A stretch of 64,000 bases of DNA, taken from positions 288,734,001-288,798,000 of the forward strand of contig OZ024741.1 of the NCBI GenBank assembly GCA_964016885.1. The letters run 5' to 3'. The stretch is from Eledone cirrhosa (Eukaryota). Both the position numbers and the translations under genes were made by a program. Below are positions 32,220 to 48,814 of the stretch, piece by piece (positions within the stretch are counted from its first letter, which is position 1; every line of letters begins with the position of its first letter). The notes beneath the pieces are model-generated. The model was given only the letters and a program-made list of their open reading frames with translations. It had not been told where the DNA came from and ran no database searches.

Positions 32220-34460
32220 TATTGATTATGTTGCATTGTTGTGTTGTTGTGTTGTATAGTTTCTATTGTGTTGTTGTATTGTGCTGTTGTGTTGCATAGT
32301 TTCTGTTGTGTTGTGTGGTTGTGTTGTTGCATGGATTCTATTGTGCTGTGTTGCTGTTTCGTTGTATAGCTTCTATTGTGTTATGTTGTTGTATTGCATA
32401 GTTTTTATTGTGTTGTGTTGCTGTGTTGTATAATTTCTATTGTGTTGTGTTGTTGTGTTACATAGTTTCTATTGTGTAGTATTGTTGTGATGTTGTATAG
32501 TTGTATTGTGTTGTGAAGCTGTGTTGTATAGCTTCTATTGTGCTATGTAGCTGTGTTGTTGTATAGCTTCGATTGTGTTGTGAAGCTGTGTTGTTGTATA
32601 GCTTCTATTGTGTTGCTGTGTTGTTATGTTGTTGTATAGATTCTGCTTCTATTGTGTTGTGTAGCTGTGTTGTTGTATAGATTCTATTGTGCTGTGTGGG
32701 TTGTTGTGTTGTTGTGTGGTTGTATAGTTGTATTGTGTTGTGTTGTTGTGTTGTTTTTTTGTGTGGTTCTATAGTTGTATTGTGTTGTGATGTTGTGTTG
32801 TTGTATAATTGTATTGTGCTGTGTGGCTGTGTTGTATTGTTGTGTGGTTGTATAGTTGTATTGTGTTGTGTGGCTGTGTTGTATTGTTGTGTGGTTGTAT
32901 AGTTGTATTGTGTTGTTGTATAGTTTCTATTGTGTGGCTGTGTTGTTATAGTTTCTATTGTGTTCTGTTGTGTTGTTGAATAGCTTCTATTGTGTTGTGT
33001 AGTTGCATAGTTGCATAGGTTTTATTGTGTTCCTATGTGGTGTGTGATTGTATAGCTTCTATTCTGTTGTGTTGTAGTTTCTACTGTATTGTGTTGTTGT
33101 GCTGTTGTGTTGTTATAGTTTTTATAATATTGTACTGTTGTGTTGTGTTGTGGTACTTTCTATTATATTTTGTTGCTATGTAGTTGTGTGATTGTATAGC
33201 TTTTATTCTGTTGTGTTATTGTATTGTTGCAATTTCTATTATATTGTGATGTTGTGTTGTGTTGTAATTTCTATTATATTGTGATGTGTTGTGTTGTAAT
33301 TTCTATTATATTGTGATGTGTTGTGTTGTTGTAATTTCTATTATATTGTGATGTTGTGTTGTTGTAATTTCTATTATATTGTGATGTTGTGTTCTTGTGT
33401 TGTTGTAATTTCTATTATATTGTGTTGTTGTGTTGTTGTAATTTCTATTATATTGTGATGTTGTGTTCTTGTGTTGTTGTAATTTCTATTATATTGTGAT
33501 GGTGTGGTGTTGTGTTGTTGTAATTTCTATTATATTGTGATGTTGTGGTGTTGTGTTGTAATTTATATTATATTGTGATGTTGTGGTGTTGTGTTGTAAT
33601 TTCTATTATATTGTAATGTTGTGTTGTGTTGTTGTAATTTCTATTATATTGTGATGTTGTGTTGTGTTGTTGTAATTTCTATTATATTGTGATGTTGTGT
33701 TGTTGTGTTGTAATTTCTATTATATTGTGATGTTGTGTTGTGTTGTTGTAATTTCTATTATATTGTGATGTTGTGTTGTTGTGTTGTCGTAATTTCTATT
33801 ATATTGTGATGTTGTGTTGTGTTGTTGTAATTTCTATTATATTGTGATGTTGTGTTGTTGTGTTGTAATTTCTATTATATTGTAATGTTGTGTTGTGCTG
33901 TTGTAATTTCTATTATATTGTGATGTTGTATTGTGTTGTAATTTCTATTATATTGTGATGTTGTGGTGTTGTGTTGTTGTAATTTCTATTATATTGTGAT
34001 GTTGTGGTGTTGTGTTGTAATTTCTATTATATTGTGATGTGTTGTGTTGTTGTAATTTCTATTATATTGTGATGTTGTATTGTGTTGTAATTTCTATTAT
34101 ATTGTGATGTTGTGTTGTTGTAATTTCTATTATATTTTGATGTTGTGTTGTGTTGTTGTAATTTATATTATATTGTGATGTTGTGGTGTTGTGTTGTAAT
34201 TTCTATTATATTGTAATGTTGTGTTGTGTTGTTGTAATTTCTATTATATTGTGATGTTGTATTGTGTTGTAATTTCTATTATATTGTGATGTTGTGGTGT
34301 TGTGTTGTAATTTCTATTATATTGTGATGTTGTGCTGTTGTGTTGTGTTGTAATTTCTATTATATTGTAATGTTGTGTTGTTGTGTTGTAATTTCTATTA
34401 TATTGTGATGTTGTGTTGTGCTGTTGTAATTTCTATTATATTGTGATGTTGTATTGTTTT
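32220..34460. repeat. Minisatellite: constant TTGTAATTTCTATTATATTGTGATG plus variable (TTGTG/TTG)n spacer
   Basis: About 30+ homogeneous units at 33230-34450, with degenerate precursors (TATAGTTTCTATTGTG) at 32220-33230. Confidence 0.92.
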
Positions 34461-34717
34461 ATTACTTGGCTTTGTATGTCTACGTTGTTGCCTTTTCTAT
34501 TAAATTCGTTTTCTCAAATGACAGTTTCTAATTTGTCTTTCCTGGAAATTTTACTGAAACTCCACTTAATTGATGACCGACGTTCGTCGTTCAATCTCTT
34601 TTGTTCTTACTTTTGTTGTTGTTCACGTTTTTCTAATATACGACTTAACTTCTTTTCCCCATCACTTCCCCCATTCGTCTTTTTGTGGCTTTTCTTCTTT
34701 TTCTTCATACTTTTTTG

Positions 34718-34856
34718 TATGTATGTATGTATGTATGTATGTATGTATGTATGTATGTATGTATGTATGTATGTATGTATGTATGTATGTATGTATGTAT
34801 GTATGAATGTACGTATGTTCATATGTGGTGTATGTATGTACGTATATATATATATA

Positions 34857-34927
<71 letters not shown>

Positions 34928-35224
34928 GCATATATATATATATATATATACATATACATACATATATATATATATATACATATATATACATATATATATG
35001 TATGTTTGTCTCTGTGTGTGTCTGTGTGTCTCTATATGTGTGTGTCTGTATGTGTGTGTGTTGTTATCCTATTGTTCTTACTCTTGTTGACTTCTTTCAG
35101 CTTTTCTTTCACACCTCGTTTCTCTTTCATTCCGTTCTAACTTTCCGATATTAGCTGTATTTCTTTATTTCTCCAACATAGACACAGAGGGAAAACAACT
35201 CCCCTCTCAATACACAGACACATG

Positions 35225-35298
<74 letters not shown>

Positions 35299-35300
35299 CA
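34718..35300. repeat. (GTAT)n, (TA)n and (CA)n microsatellites
   Basis: Directly visible. Confidence 0.95.
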
Positions 35301-36354
35301 CCCACGCATACACACACAACCTCTCTCACTCTCGTACTGTTTCTCTACCCGTATTTCAGAAAGGTTTGCGTAAAAATTTGATTCACATAATTTTCCGGCG
35401 CTCCACAGTATTTTTTCTAAACTTTCAATCATATTATCCACTCTAACCATTTCTCTCTTTCTGTCCTTCCATATTTTCGCCTATATTATCTCCCTTTCTT
35501 TGTCTACTCTTTAGTCTGTCTTTTCTCTCGCTCTACCGAACAGGTCACACGAAGTTTATTTGTTAGGTTTTTAGACCACATTTCATTTGGTTTAGTGTTG
35601 TTTTTCCTCGTGTTCCATCATTTCTGCTTTTAGTTGTTTTTTTTTATAACATTTTGGACTGGTTATTTGTTTCGACGGTACTAACAATTACATCTCAGGT
35701 GTAACTTCTGACTAAAAAACCACGTGAGACTTTCAAGCGAAACTCCAGCCAAACTACTGACAACGAGACACGTTGTTTATTTATAATAGTCCACCGAGTC
35801 CATTTCTTTAATCCCAAAGGGGTGTTCACCACAACTTTGACGACTTACTTATTTACCTGATTTTTTTTTTAAAGACAGTTCCCATGTTTTACATTTCAGC
35901 ATATTTGCCTGAGGTAATGTTCATTTTTCTTCATTCTCTCCTGCTAATTGTCTCGTGTAATTTAACGTTACTCGTCGTTTCTCCTCTCTGTTTCCGAACA
36001 ATAGTTGTGATAATTTTGCCAATGTCTGTGGTATAATCTGAACAACGCAGTTGCCATACTTAATATACCAAAAACTGTGATATTCTTTGATATCTGCGAT
36101 CGGAATGGATGACTGAAGACCGGAAATTGTTCGTTTGTTTCATTTGTATAGTTACATTCCATTTGCAATGGGATTTACTGAATTTTCCGACGCCCGGAGA
36201 GGCAAAAGCCAGCACGAGGCTAATAGAGCTTGAATTAATATTGTCGAGGTAGGAAACTATATAATGATGTCTTAAGTTGCTGCAGTGCCACAGATTTGTA
36301 CTCTCTTCTCTTCTCTCTCTTTTGGTCTCGTAACTCTTGATTGAGTCGCAGCAG

Positions 36355-36600
36355 CATTTTGAAACCTCAATCCTCTCCAGGTCTAAATACAATAGATTTC
36401 TTCCAGAGAAGGATAGAGAGAGTGAGATAATGGAAGTGGCCAAGAGATATAGAGGAAAGATCGACTGGTACATATTTTATCGACCTTGAATGGTTGAAGG
36501 GCAAAGTTTATTTCGGCAGGATTTGAACTTAGAGAGCAGAGATCGGAAATGAATACTACAAAGCATTCTATCCGACGTTCTAATGAACCTGCCAATTTGT
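36355..36600 (-). mobile_element. tRNA-derived SINE, tail variant 2
   Basis: Core TTTTATCGACC...GGATTTGAACT and tail TCCTCTCCAGGTCT...TTTCTTCCAGAGAA. Confidence 0.75.
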
Positions 36601-36761
36601 CATTTAGATTTGAATAAGGAACTTTATTATATCATTGGTATGTATTTTATCATAGATTTTACAAAAGTGGTGGTGCAGGTAGAGATTTGGAATTCTGTTA
36701 GGAAACTACTGGCATCCGAACTCAGATATCAGAAGTAGAGATTAGAGACTATTATTTGTCA

Positions 36762-36950
36762 AAGGCGGTGGATTGGCAGTATCGGTGGAGGGTCGGACGC
36801 CATGCTTTCCAGCATAGTTACGTCCCTTTACGATCTGAGTTCAAATCCCGCCGAGGTTGACTTTGCCTTTCATCCTTACGGGGTCGATAAAATAAAGTAC
36901 CAGTAATGCACTGGGTAATTGCTGGCCTTGTGCCTAAAGTAGAAACAATT
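36762..36950 (+). mobile_element. Full-length SINE with 11-bp TSD
   Basis: Near consensus. ATTATTTGTCA at 36751-36761 and 36948-36958. Confidence 0.93.
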
Positions 36951-37315
36951 ATTTGTCATACATTTAGAAATATTTCACCGTTTCTATCACCAACGGGTAG
37001 GTTATTGTAACAGTGGACTGTTAGGTTCGTTAGTGTGTGCAGTAAGGGTGTTGTGTGTATATGTTTATAACAGGAGATGAGGGCAATTGATAGACAGATA
37101 GATAGAAAGAGAGGGGGATGGCGAACGGAGAGGGTGTAAAAGAAAGGGAGAGAAAGTCACTTACTTTGTGTGCTGTTTGTGTATGCATGTATGAGTGTGT
37201 ATTTGTATGACAGAGAGAGACGGAGAGGGAGAAAGTGATAGAGAAAAAATTGTCTGTGTGCATGTATGTAAGTGGATGTGTGTATGCGTGTATGTATGTA
37301 TGTATTTGTGATTAT

Positions 37316-37353
<38 letters not shown>

Positions 37354-37858
37354 AAAGAGGAAGCTATAGAGAAAAATTGTTTGTGTGCATGTATGTATGT
37401 GTTTGTGTGTATGCGTGTACGTATGTGTGTATTTGTGATTATGACATAGAGAGAGAAAGAGAGAGAGAGATAAAGAGAAACTGATAGTGAAAAAATTGTC
37501 TGTGTACACATATGTATGTGTATATATGTGTATGTATGCGTATGTGTGCATGTGTATGTGTGTACGTGTGTATGTATGCATGTGTATGTGTGTACGTGTG
37601 TGTGTGTGTGAGTGAGTTGCATGTAGCAAAGATTAAATTAATGATGATTACCCCCTTTTTACCAATAATTAGATCTGTATGAAGAAGCTGAGAGAATCTG
37701 TTTAATTGAGAACAATTAAACAGATTAAACGTTCAAATATATTTAGAGAGGAAAAAAATAAATAAAATGAAAGCGAAAGAAAATGCCAGCGACAAATCGC
37801 CATTTTTGTTATCAGAGGACATTTGTTTTGATTTTTTTCTTTTAAGAAATTTGCTATT

Positions 37859-38230
<372 letters not shown>

Positions 38231-38684
38231 TTTTATTTCTTTCTTTTACAATTTTTGTTTCCCCTCGTTATCCTCCTCCGCCTCTTTATCATAATCATCA
38301 TCATCATCATTAAACAATTTTGTTTATTATTATTATTATTATTTTTTTTTTTTATCATTGATGCTGTTGTTTTTCTTTTTCTTTCGATTGTTCCGGTCGA
38401 TCTGTTTGTGGATGTGTTTAGCGGTCGATCCGTGGGACTGCATGCCTGTCTGTGTTCCTGTATGTATACCTGTCTGTCTGTCTGTCTGTCTGTCTGTATG
38501 TCTGTATGTATGTCTCTCTGTATGTCGTTCTCCTTTCTACCTTTATTGTGCTCGGTGTTCCCATCGTTCTATAGGTTTCAATTAGCCATTTTTGTCGATT
38601 CGTGTATTTCTCTATCTGTGTATCTCTGTTTCTGTCTTTCTGTGTATATGTCTATCTGTGCAGCTGTCCGTATCACTGTGTGTA

Positions 38685-38752
<68 letters not shown>

Positions 38753-39124
38753 AGTCTGTACATCTGTCTGTTTCTGTGTATGTTTGTTTGTGAGTCTACT
38801 AACTACCTTTCTGTTATCATATCTGTTCGTGTGTTTTAGCGGTCTGTCTGTCTACCTGTCTGTTTGCCAGAGTTCGTCTCTGCCAATTCAATGTCACTCC
38901 ATTCCACTCTGGCACCCTGTCTACTCGCCTCCACTCCCTTCCCCTTCAGGGAGATTTCGTTGCTATTTCTAGAATTTCAAGATGTTATATAGAGGCTATT
39001 TATTATATAATATGTATGGTCCCGTAACTACCGAAGGAAAGATAGGGAACGCCGTAGTCTTGGGCATACCGTAGTTCTTGTTTCAGGTATTGTTGTTGTT
39101 ATTGTTATGGTTTTCATTAAGAGA

Positions 39125-39338
39125 AGTGGATTGGCAGTATCGGTAGAGAGTCGGAGACCATGCTTTGCAGCATGGAGTTACGGTCCTTTACGGTCTGAGT
39201 TCAAATCCCGCCGAGGTTAACTTTGCCTTTCATCCTTACGGCGTCGATAAAATAAAGTACCAGTAATGCACTGGGATCGATTTAATCGACTTTCCCGCCA
39301 CAACAAATTACTGGCTTGTGCTTATACTAGAAATCATT
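39125..39338 (+). mobile_element. Full-length SINE (longer variant with GATCGATTTAATCGAC segment)
   Basis: A/B boxes, core, and tail ending CTTGTGCTTATACTAGAAATCATT. Confidence 0.9.
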
Positions 39339-39409
39339 GTTATGGCTTTAATTGTGCTTTTTATTGGTGCTTTTACTGACTGCGTTGACTACCATCATTA
39401 ACGATTATG

Positions 39410-40420
39410 ATGATGGTGATAGAGATGCTGGTAGTGGTGTTGGTGGTGATGGTGGTGGCTATGGCGGTAGTGGTGGTGGTGGAGATGGTAGTGGTGGAGA
39501 TGGTGGTGGTTACGGCGGTAGTGGTGGTGGTGGTGGTAGTGGTGGAGATGGTGGTGGTTACGGCGGTAGTGGTGGTGGTAGTGGTGTTGGTGGTGATGGT
39601 GGTGGCTATGGCGGTAGTGGTGGTGGTGGAGATGGTAGTGGTGGAGATGGTGGTGGTTACGGCGGTAGTGGTGGTGGTAGTGGTGTTGGTGGTGATGGTG
39701 GTGGCTATGGCGGTAGTGGTGGTGGTGGAGATGGTAGTGGTGGAGATGGTGGTGGTTACGGCGGTAGTGGTAGTGGTGGTGGTAGTGGTGGAGATGGTGG
39801 TGGTTACGGCGGCAGTGGTGGTGGTAGTGGTGTTGGTGGTGATGGTGGTGGCTATGGCGGTAGTGGTGGTGGTGGAGATGGTAGTGGTGGAGATGGTGGT
39901 GGTTACGGCGGTAGTGGTGGTGGTGGTGGTAGTGGTGGAGATGGTGGTGGTTACGGCGGTAGTGGTGGTGGTAGTGGTGTTGGTGGTGATGGTGGTGGCT
40001 ATGGCGGTAGTGGTGGTGGTGGAGATGGTGGTGGTTACGGCGGTAGTGGTGGTGGTGGTGGTAGTGGTGGAGATGGTGGTGGTTACGGCGGTAGTGGTGG
40101 TGGCGAGGGCGGTGGTGGCAGTGGTAGTAGTGGTGGTTGTGGTGGTGGCAGTGGTAGTAGTGGTGGTTGTGGTGGTGGTGGTGGTTATGGTGATGGCGGT
40201 GGTGGCAGTGGTAGTAGTGGTGATGGTGGTGGTGGCAGTGGTGGCAGTAGTAGTAGGGGTGGTGGTGGTAGTAGTGGTGGTGATGGCGGTATTGGCAGTG
40301 GTAGTAGTGGTGATGGTGGTGGTGACAGTGGTGGCAGTAGTAGTAGTAGTGGTGATAGTAGTAGTGGTGGTGATGGCGGTGGTAGCAGTGGTAGTAGTGG
40401 TGGTTGTGGTGGAGATAATT
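39410..40420. repeat. (GGT)n-derived minisatellite with higher-order units
   Basis: Recurring GGAGATGGTGGTGGTTACGGCGGTAGT and GTTGGTGGTGATGGTGGTGGCTATGGCGGTAGT. Confidence 0.9.
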
Positions 40421-40758
40421 CCGTCCATGATGGTTATGAGAAAGGTGGTGATAATGACGACCATATATTGATGATAAAATCAATGTTACCGATGACATTG
40501 AAGATATAGAAGACATTGAACTATTAATGATAATGCTGTTGATATATTCACTGCAGTTAACCTCTCTCTCTTATCTTCTGCCAATTTTCCCGCCAATTTC
40601 TCCCTACAGTCCGTCTGACTTCACATTAATGGGACTTCCGATCTGTCACTCTCTCTATCAAGCCATCAATCAATCAGCTTTTCTTTCTGTCTTTCCTGAT
40701 GCTCTTTCTGTCTGTCTGCCCCTGCGATGATCTTTCTTTCTCTCTTTCTCCGTCTCTC

Positions 40759-40848
<90 letters not shown>

Positions 40849-41364
40849 TCTCTCCGTCTGTCTGTCTCTCTCTGTCTGTCTGTCTGTCTCTCTGTTTGTC
40901 TATCTATATCTCTCTCCATTGGTCTGTCTGTCTCTCCGTTGGTCTTTCTGTCTCTCCATTGGTTTTTTCTGTCTCTCCATTGGTCTTTCTGTCTCTCCAT
41001 TGGTTTTTCTGTTTCTCCGTTGGTCTTCATGCCTCTCTGTTGGTCTACGTATCTCTTCGTTGCTCTTTCTGTCCCTCCGTTGGTCTTTCTATCTTTCCCT
41101 TTGTCTGCCTGTCCCTCAGATGATCTTCATGTCTCTCCCTTTGTCTATCTATATATCTCTCCGTTGGTCTTTCTGTCTCTCTGTTTATCTGTCTGTCCCT
41201 CCATTGATCTATCTGTCCCTCCATCTGCCTGTGTATATCACAGTTAGCCAGTCTGCCAGTCTGTTGGACTCTCTATTAGTTTATTATTTAATCTCGTCTG
41301 TGTTCATCTATCTGTGAGTTTCTCAGTTCTTTGCGATGTAGTCAGCATTGCTGCGGCAACATTA

Positions 41365-41844
41365 ACAGCAACAGCAGCAACAGCAAGAAAACAACAGCAA
41401 CAACACCAGCAATAACAACGGTAGCAAGAACAGCAGCAACAGTCGCAACAACAGCAACAGTCGCAACAACAGCAACAGTCGCAACAGCAGCAGAAACAAC
41501 GATAGGAACAGTAGCAAGAACAGCAGCAACAACAGCAACAACAGCAACAACAGCAACAACAAAACAACAACAATAAAAACAGCAGCAGCAATAACAACAA
41601 CAGCAACAACAACTATAGGAACAACAACAACAACAGCAACAGCAACAACAGCAGCTGCAACAACAACAGTCGCAACAGCAGCAACAACAACGATAGCAAC
41701 AATAGCAAGAACAGCAGCGGCAACAGCAGCAGCAACAACAACATCAGTAGCACTAGCAAGAGCAGCAGCAACAACAGTAGCAACAAGAGTATCAATAAAA
41801 CATCAACTACAGCAACAACAAAGCAACAGCAATAGCAGCAGCAA

Positions 41845-41876
<32 letters not shown>

Positions 41877-42345
41877 ACAGCAGCAGCAACAACAACATCA
41901 ACAGCACTAGTAAGAGCAGCAGCAACAACAATAGCAACGACAGTAGCAACAACAGTATCAATAAAACATCAACTACAGCAACAACAAAACAACAGCAATA
42001 GCAGCAGCAACAGCAGAAACAACAGCAACAGCAGCAGCAGCAACAGCAGCAGCAACAACAACATCAACAGCACTAGTAAGAGCAGCAGCAACAACAATAG
42101 CAACAACAGCAACAGCAGCAGCAGCAACAGCAGCAGCAACAACAACATCAACAGCACTAGTAAGATCAGCAGCAACAACAATAGCAACAACAGTAGCAAC
42201 AAGAGTATCAATAAAACAACAACTACAGCAACAACAAAACAACAACAATAGCAGCAGCAGCAACAGCAGCAACAACAGCAGCAGCAGCAACAGCAACAAC
42301 AGCAGCAGCAACAACAACATCACCAGCACTAGTAAGAGTAGCAGA
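41365..42345. repeat. (CAG/CAA)n tract with three higher-order blocks
   Basis: The anchor GTATCAATAAAACA.CAACTACAGC occurs at ~41789, ~41954 and ~42205. Confidence 0.9.
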
Positions 42346-42554
42346 AACATGGGCAACAACAAAAGAGAGTAAGTGGACAACATGGCCACATGTACTGAAG
42401 AACACTCCATTATAATTGATTCATCAAAAGACTGTTATGCACGCCATCTTAATTGGTCAATGGCATGACATCGCACACACTTATACACACACACACACAT
42501 ATACACTCCCACATACACAGGCACATACATATACATATACATCATATACATAAT

Positions 42555-42585
<31 letters not shown>

Positions 42586-43073
42586 TACAGAAACATACAT
42601 ACATATATATATATATATACACACACATATATAGATAAATATATATACAATATACATATATATATATATATATACTCAGAGAGAGACACATACACACACA
42701 TAAACACATGCACTCAGATACACACACATGCATTCATACATACACATATGTACACACACACACACACACACACACACATATGAACTCACAGACACAGGGA
42801 CGCACTCATACGTAGACACACTCACACACATACACGCATACACTCATATGCACTCACAGTCAGGCAGACACACACACACACACACACATACACTCAAATA
42901 CACAAACTGACACTCGTTCTCACAGCACTCGTAAATGTGGAGACAACAACAACACACACACACCAAAGGTCAATGACACGTGTACGCCCGTACACTGATA
43001 AACCGAACGCTCACATGTGTGCATCTGTCTATGTATGTATTATGTATTTATGTATGTATGCATCTGTCTCTCT

Positions 43074-46110
<3,037 letters not shown>

Positions 46111-46224
46111 AGGTTATATTTAATTTGTTGGGATACAACAAGCAAGATATTTTTATAACTGATATAAAGCACTCAACAAATTATTGGAGTAATAATGTGA
46201 GCTCCGGTGTGAGCTCCGGGCGTT

Positions 46225-46278
<54 letters not shown>

Positions 46279-46495
46279 AACAAGTATGACCTGGACTGAA
46301 ATAGCCGTCGAAACGGCTTGAGCTCTGCCGTCGGGGTCATACTTGTTCCTATTACCCACTCTACTATCCTAAGTATTGAGTACTTTGGTGCGTTATGGTC
46401 CATCTGGTTCTTTACCACAATTCCTTCGTTATATATATATATATGTATATATGTATATATATATATGTGTGTGTGTGTGTGTATGTTTGTATGTG

Positions 46496-46528
<33 letters not shown>

Positions 46529-46669
46529 ATGTGTGTGTATATATGTGTGTATATATATATTACATGGTGAGCGAATGAATGAGTGTTATATTACACGAAA
46601 GAAAAGATATGGGGACAGAAGGATACAAGACAGACAGAGAGAGCGTGAGAGGGGGGAGATAAGAGCCAG

Positions 46670-47260
46670 AGAAAGAGAGTGAGAGAGAGGTAGGTGAGAG
46701 GGAATCAGTGAGGGATAGGGAGAGAGAGATATTAATAGAGGGAGATGGGAATGAATGAGTGAGGGAGAGAGATATATAGAGGCAGGTGGGAGGGAATGAG
46801 GGAAAGAGATATACTAGAAAGAGATGGGAGACAATGAGTGAGGGAGAGAGATAGAGAGATAGGAGAAAGGGTGAGAGATATAGAAGGAGGTAGGAGGGAA
46901 TGAGTGAGAGACAAGGAGAGAAAGATGAGGTGATAGGGATATAAAGGGAGGTGTGAGGTATGAGTGAGGGATATATAGAGGGACGTGGGAGGGATTGAGT
47001 GAGGGAGATATAGAGGGAGGTGGGAGGGAATGAGTGAGAGACAGATATATATTGAGGATGAAGGAATGAGTGAGGGACAAGGAGAGAGAGATGAAGTGAA
47101 GAGAGATATAGAGGGAGGTGGGAGAGATATAATGAGGAGATATAGAGGGAGGTGGGAAGGATATAGTGAGGGAGATATAGAGGGAGGTAGGAGAGAATGA
47201 GTGAGGGAGGTGGGAGGGATTGAGTGAGGGAGAGAGTGATAGAGGAAAGAGAAAAAGAGA
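46670..47260. repeat. Purine-rich degenerate minisatellite (GAGATATAGAGGGAGGTGGGAGGGAATGAGTGAG)
   Basis: Recurring unit, strongly strand-biased. Confidence 0.8.
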
Positions 47261-47979
47261 CAAATTTTTGTGATTCTGATTCTGATGGTTGTTTTTATTA
47301 TTTTTTATATTTTTGTAATGATTTTCTTTTATTGTCTTTGTTGATTCTGTTGTTGTTGTTGTCTTGTAATTAATCCGATTTAGTTCGATAATTGCGATAA
47401 ATATAATTATCGGTCTGTTTATTATTTAAAAGTTTAATTTGATTGTTTATTTGTTTCATCTTTCTATATTTGTTTTGTTTATTTTCTTTATATGTTATTT
47501 ATATGATTTTTATTTTCACTTTTACGGTTTTTTATATGAATTATTAATTTTTTTTTAGTTATTCATTTTTGTTTTGTAGCGGGAGTTTGGGTAAGGAGGG
47601 TATGGAAAGTTAAATAGTGAATAACGTCGTCAATGAAGAGATAGAAATAGATTGAAAGAGAGAACGAGAGAAAGAGAGAGAGGAGGGGGAAGAGAGAAAG
47701 AGAAATGGGATTTGTGGAGGAGAGAGAGAGTTAGAGAAACGGGTGGATACATATATTCAAAGAGAGAGGGGGGCGGGGTGTATGAGAGGAAAACTGAAAG
47801 CCGGATATTCGATCGATAAATCGATATAATCAGCGACGTAGAGGCGCAGAACGACCGAAACACACACACACACACACACATTCATTCTCTCTCTGTCTCA
47901 CACAGACACACGCCCACACACACACACACACACTCTTTCTCTCGCTCTCCCTCACACACAGAAATATATAATTATATAA

Positions 47980-48215
47980 TTAAGAATGGTTTTCCGAAGG
48001 GGATTAGGAAGAAACCACAGTTAAAGGTACTCGATTCATATGTCCCCCTTTTTCTAATTCTTATTTTTCTCTATTTTATTTCTAATATTTCTACTTGTAC
48101 TCTTCTGACGAGAGGCCAAAGTCCGATACGTTGAACTTCTTTTCTCTCTTTCATCCAAGTGTGAACCTAATAATACTAATTGATTTTGTATCTCTGTGTT
48201 TGTCATTTTTTAAAT
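47980..48215 (+). mobile_element. Penelope-like terminal repeat remnant with decayed hammerhead motif
   Basis: CTGACGA-GAGGCCAAAGTCC-GATA-CGTT at 48105-48132 (GAAA mutated). Confidence 0.4.
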
Positions 48216-48300
48216 TATATATATGTGTCTGTGGGAGGTTGCAGAGAGAGTGGAGGATGGTAGAGTTACATACATATATATATATATATATATATACACG

Positions 48301-48491
48301 ATGAACTGGACTCCGCCTGGCGGTAAACGGAGGCGGGGTTGCCCAAGGATCAACTGGCGACGAATGTTCCGGAAGGACCTGGTGGCAACCAACATCACCT
48401 GGCACGGTCTCGAAAAAGTTGCCGCTGATCGTGACCGTTGGCGAGTACTTACTGCTCGATGCGCCGAACGGCGCGGAAGAATTTAAGACTA

Positions 48492-48495
<4 letters not shown>
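48301..48495 (+). mobile_element. RTE-clade LINE 3' end in (TA)n
   Basis: MNWTPPGGKRRRGCPRINWRR...AADRDRWRVL matches the RTE C-terminal GKRxRGRPxxxW...DRxxWR motif. Very short UTR, (TA)n on both sides. Confidence 0.85.
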
Positions 48496-48528
<33 letters not shown>

Positions 48529-48814
48529 GAGAGAGAGAGAGATAAAGATAGATAGATAGTTAGTTAGATAGATATGTTTCTTTATTAGCCACAAGGGCAC
48601 AAAAGAAGGGGACAAATACAAAGGGGGAAGTTTACATACAATAAAAACGTGTAAAATATAATCACAAATGCAATTTAAAAATTAGTCGATTTTCCCCAAT
48701 AGGGGGAGACATTACGTATGGGTAACACATACCCCCGAAAAAAAATGTGCAACCCTCATCTCCAGGAGTACGAAGTGTTTGTACTCCTTTCCTCTCCTCC
48801 TCTTTTTCCTCAAC

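Noticed and set aside
33230-34450. CRISPR-like repeat-spacer appearance
   Set aside because: Spacers are short TTGTG reiterations rather than unique sequence, there are no cas genes, and the context is eukaryotic.
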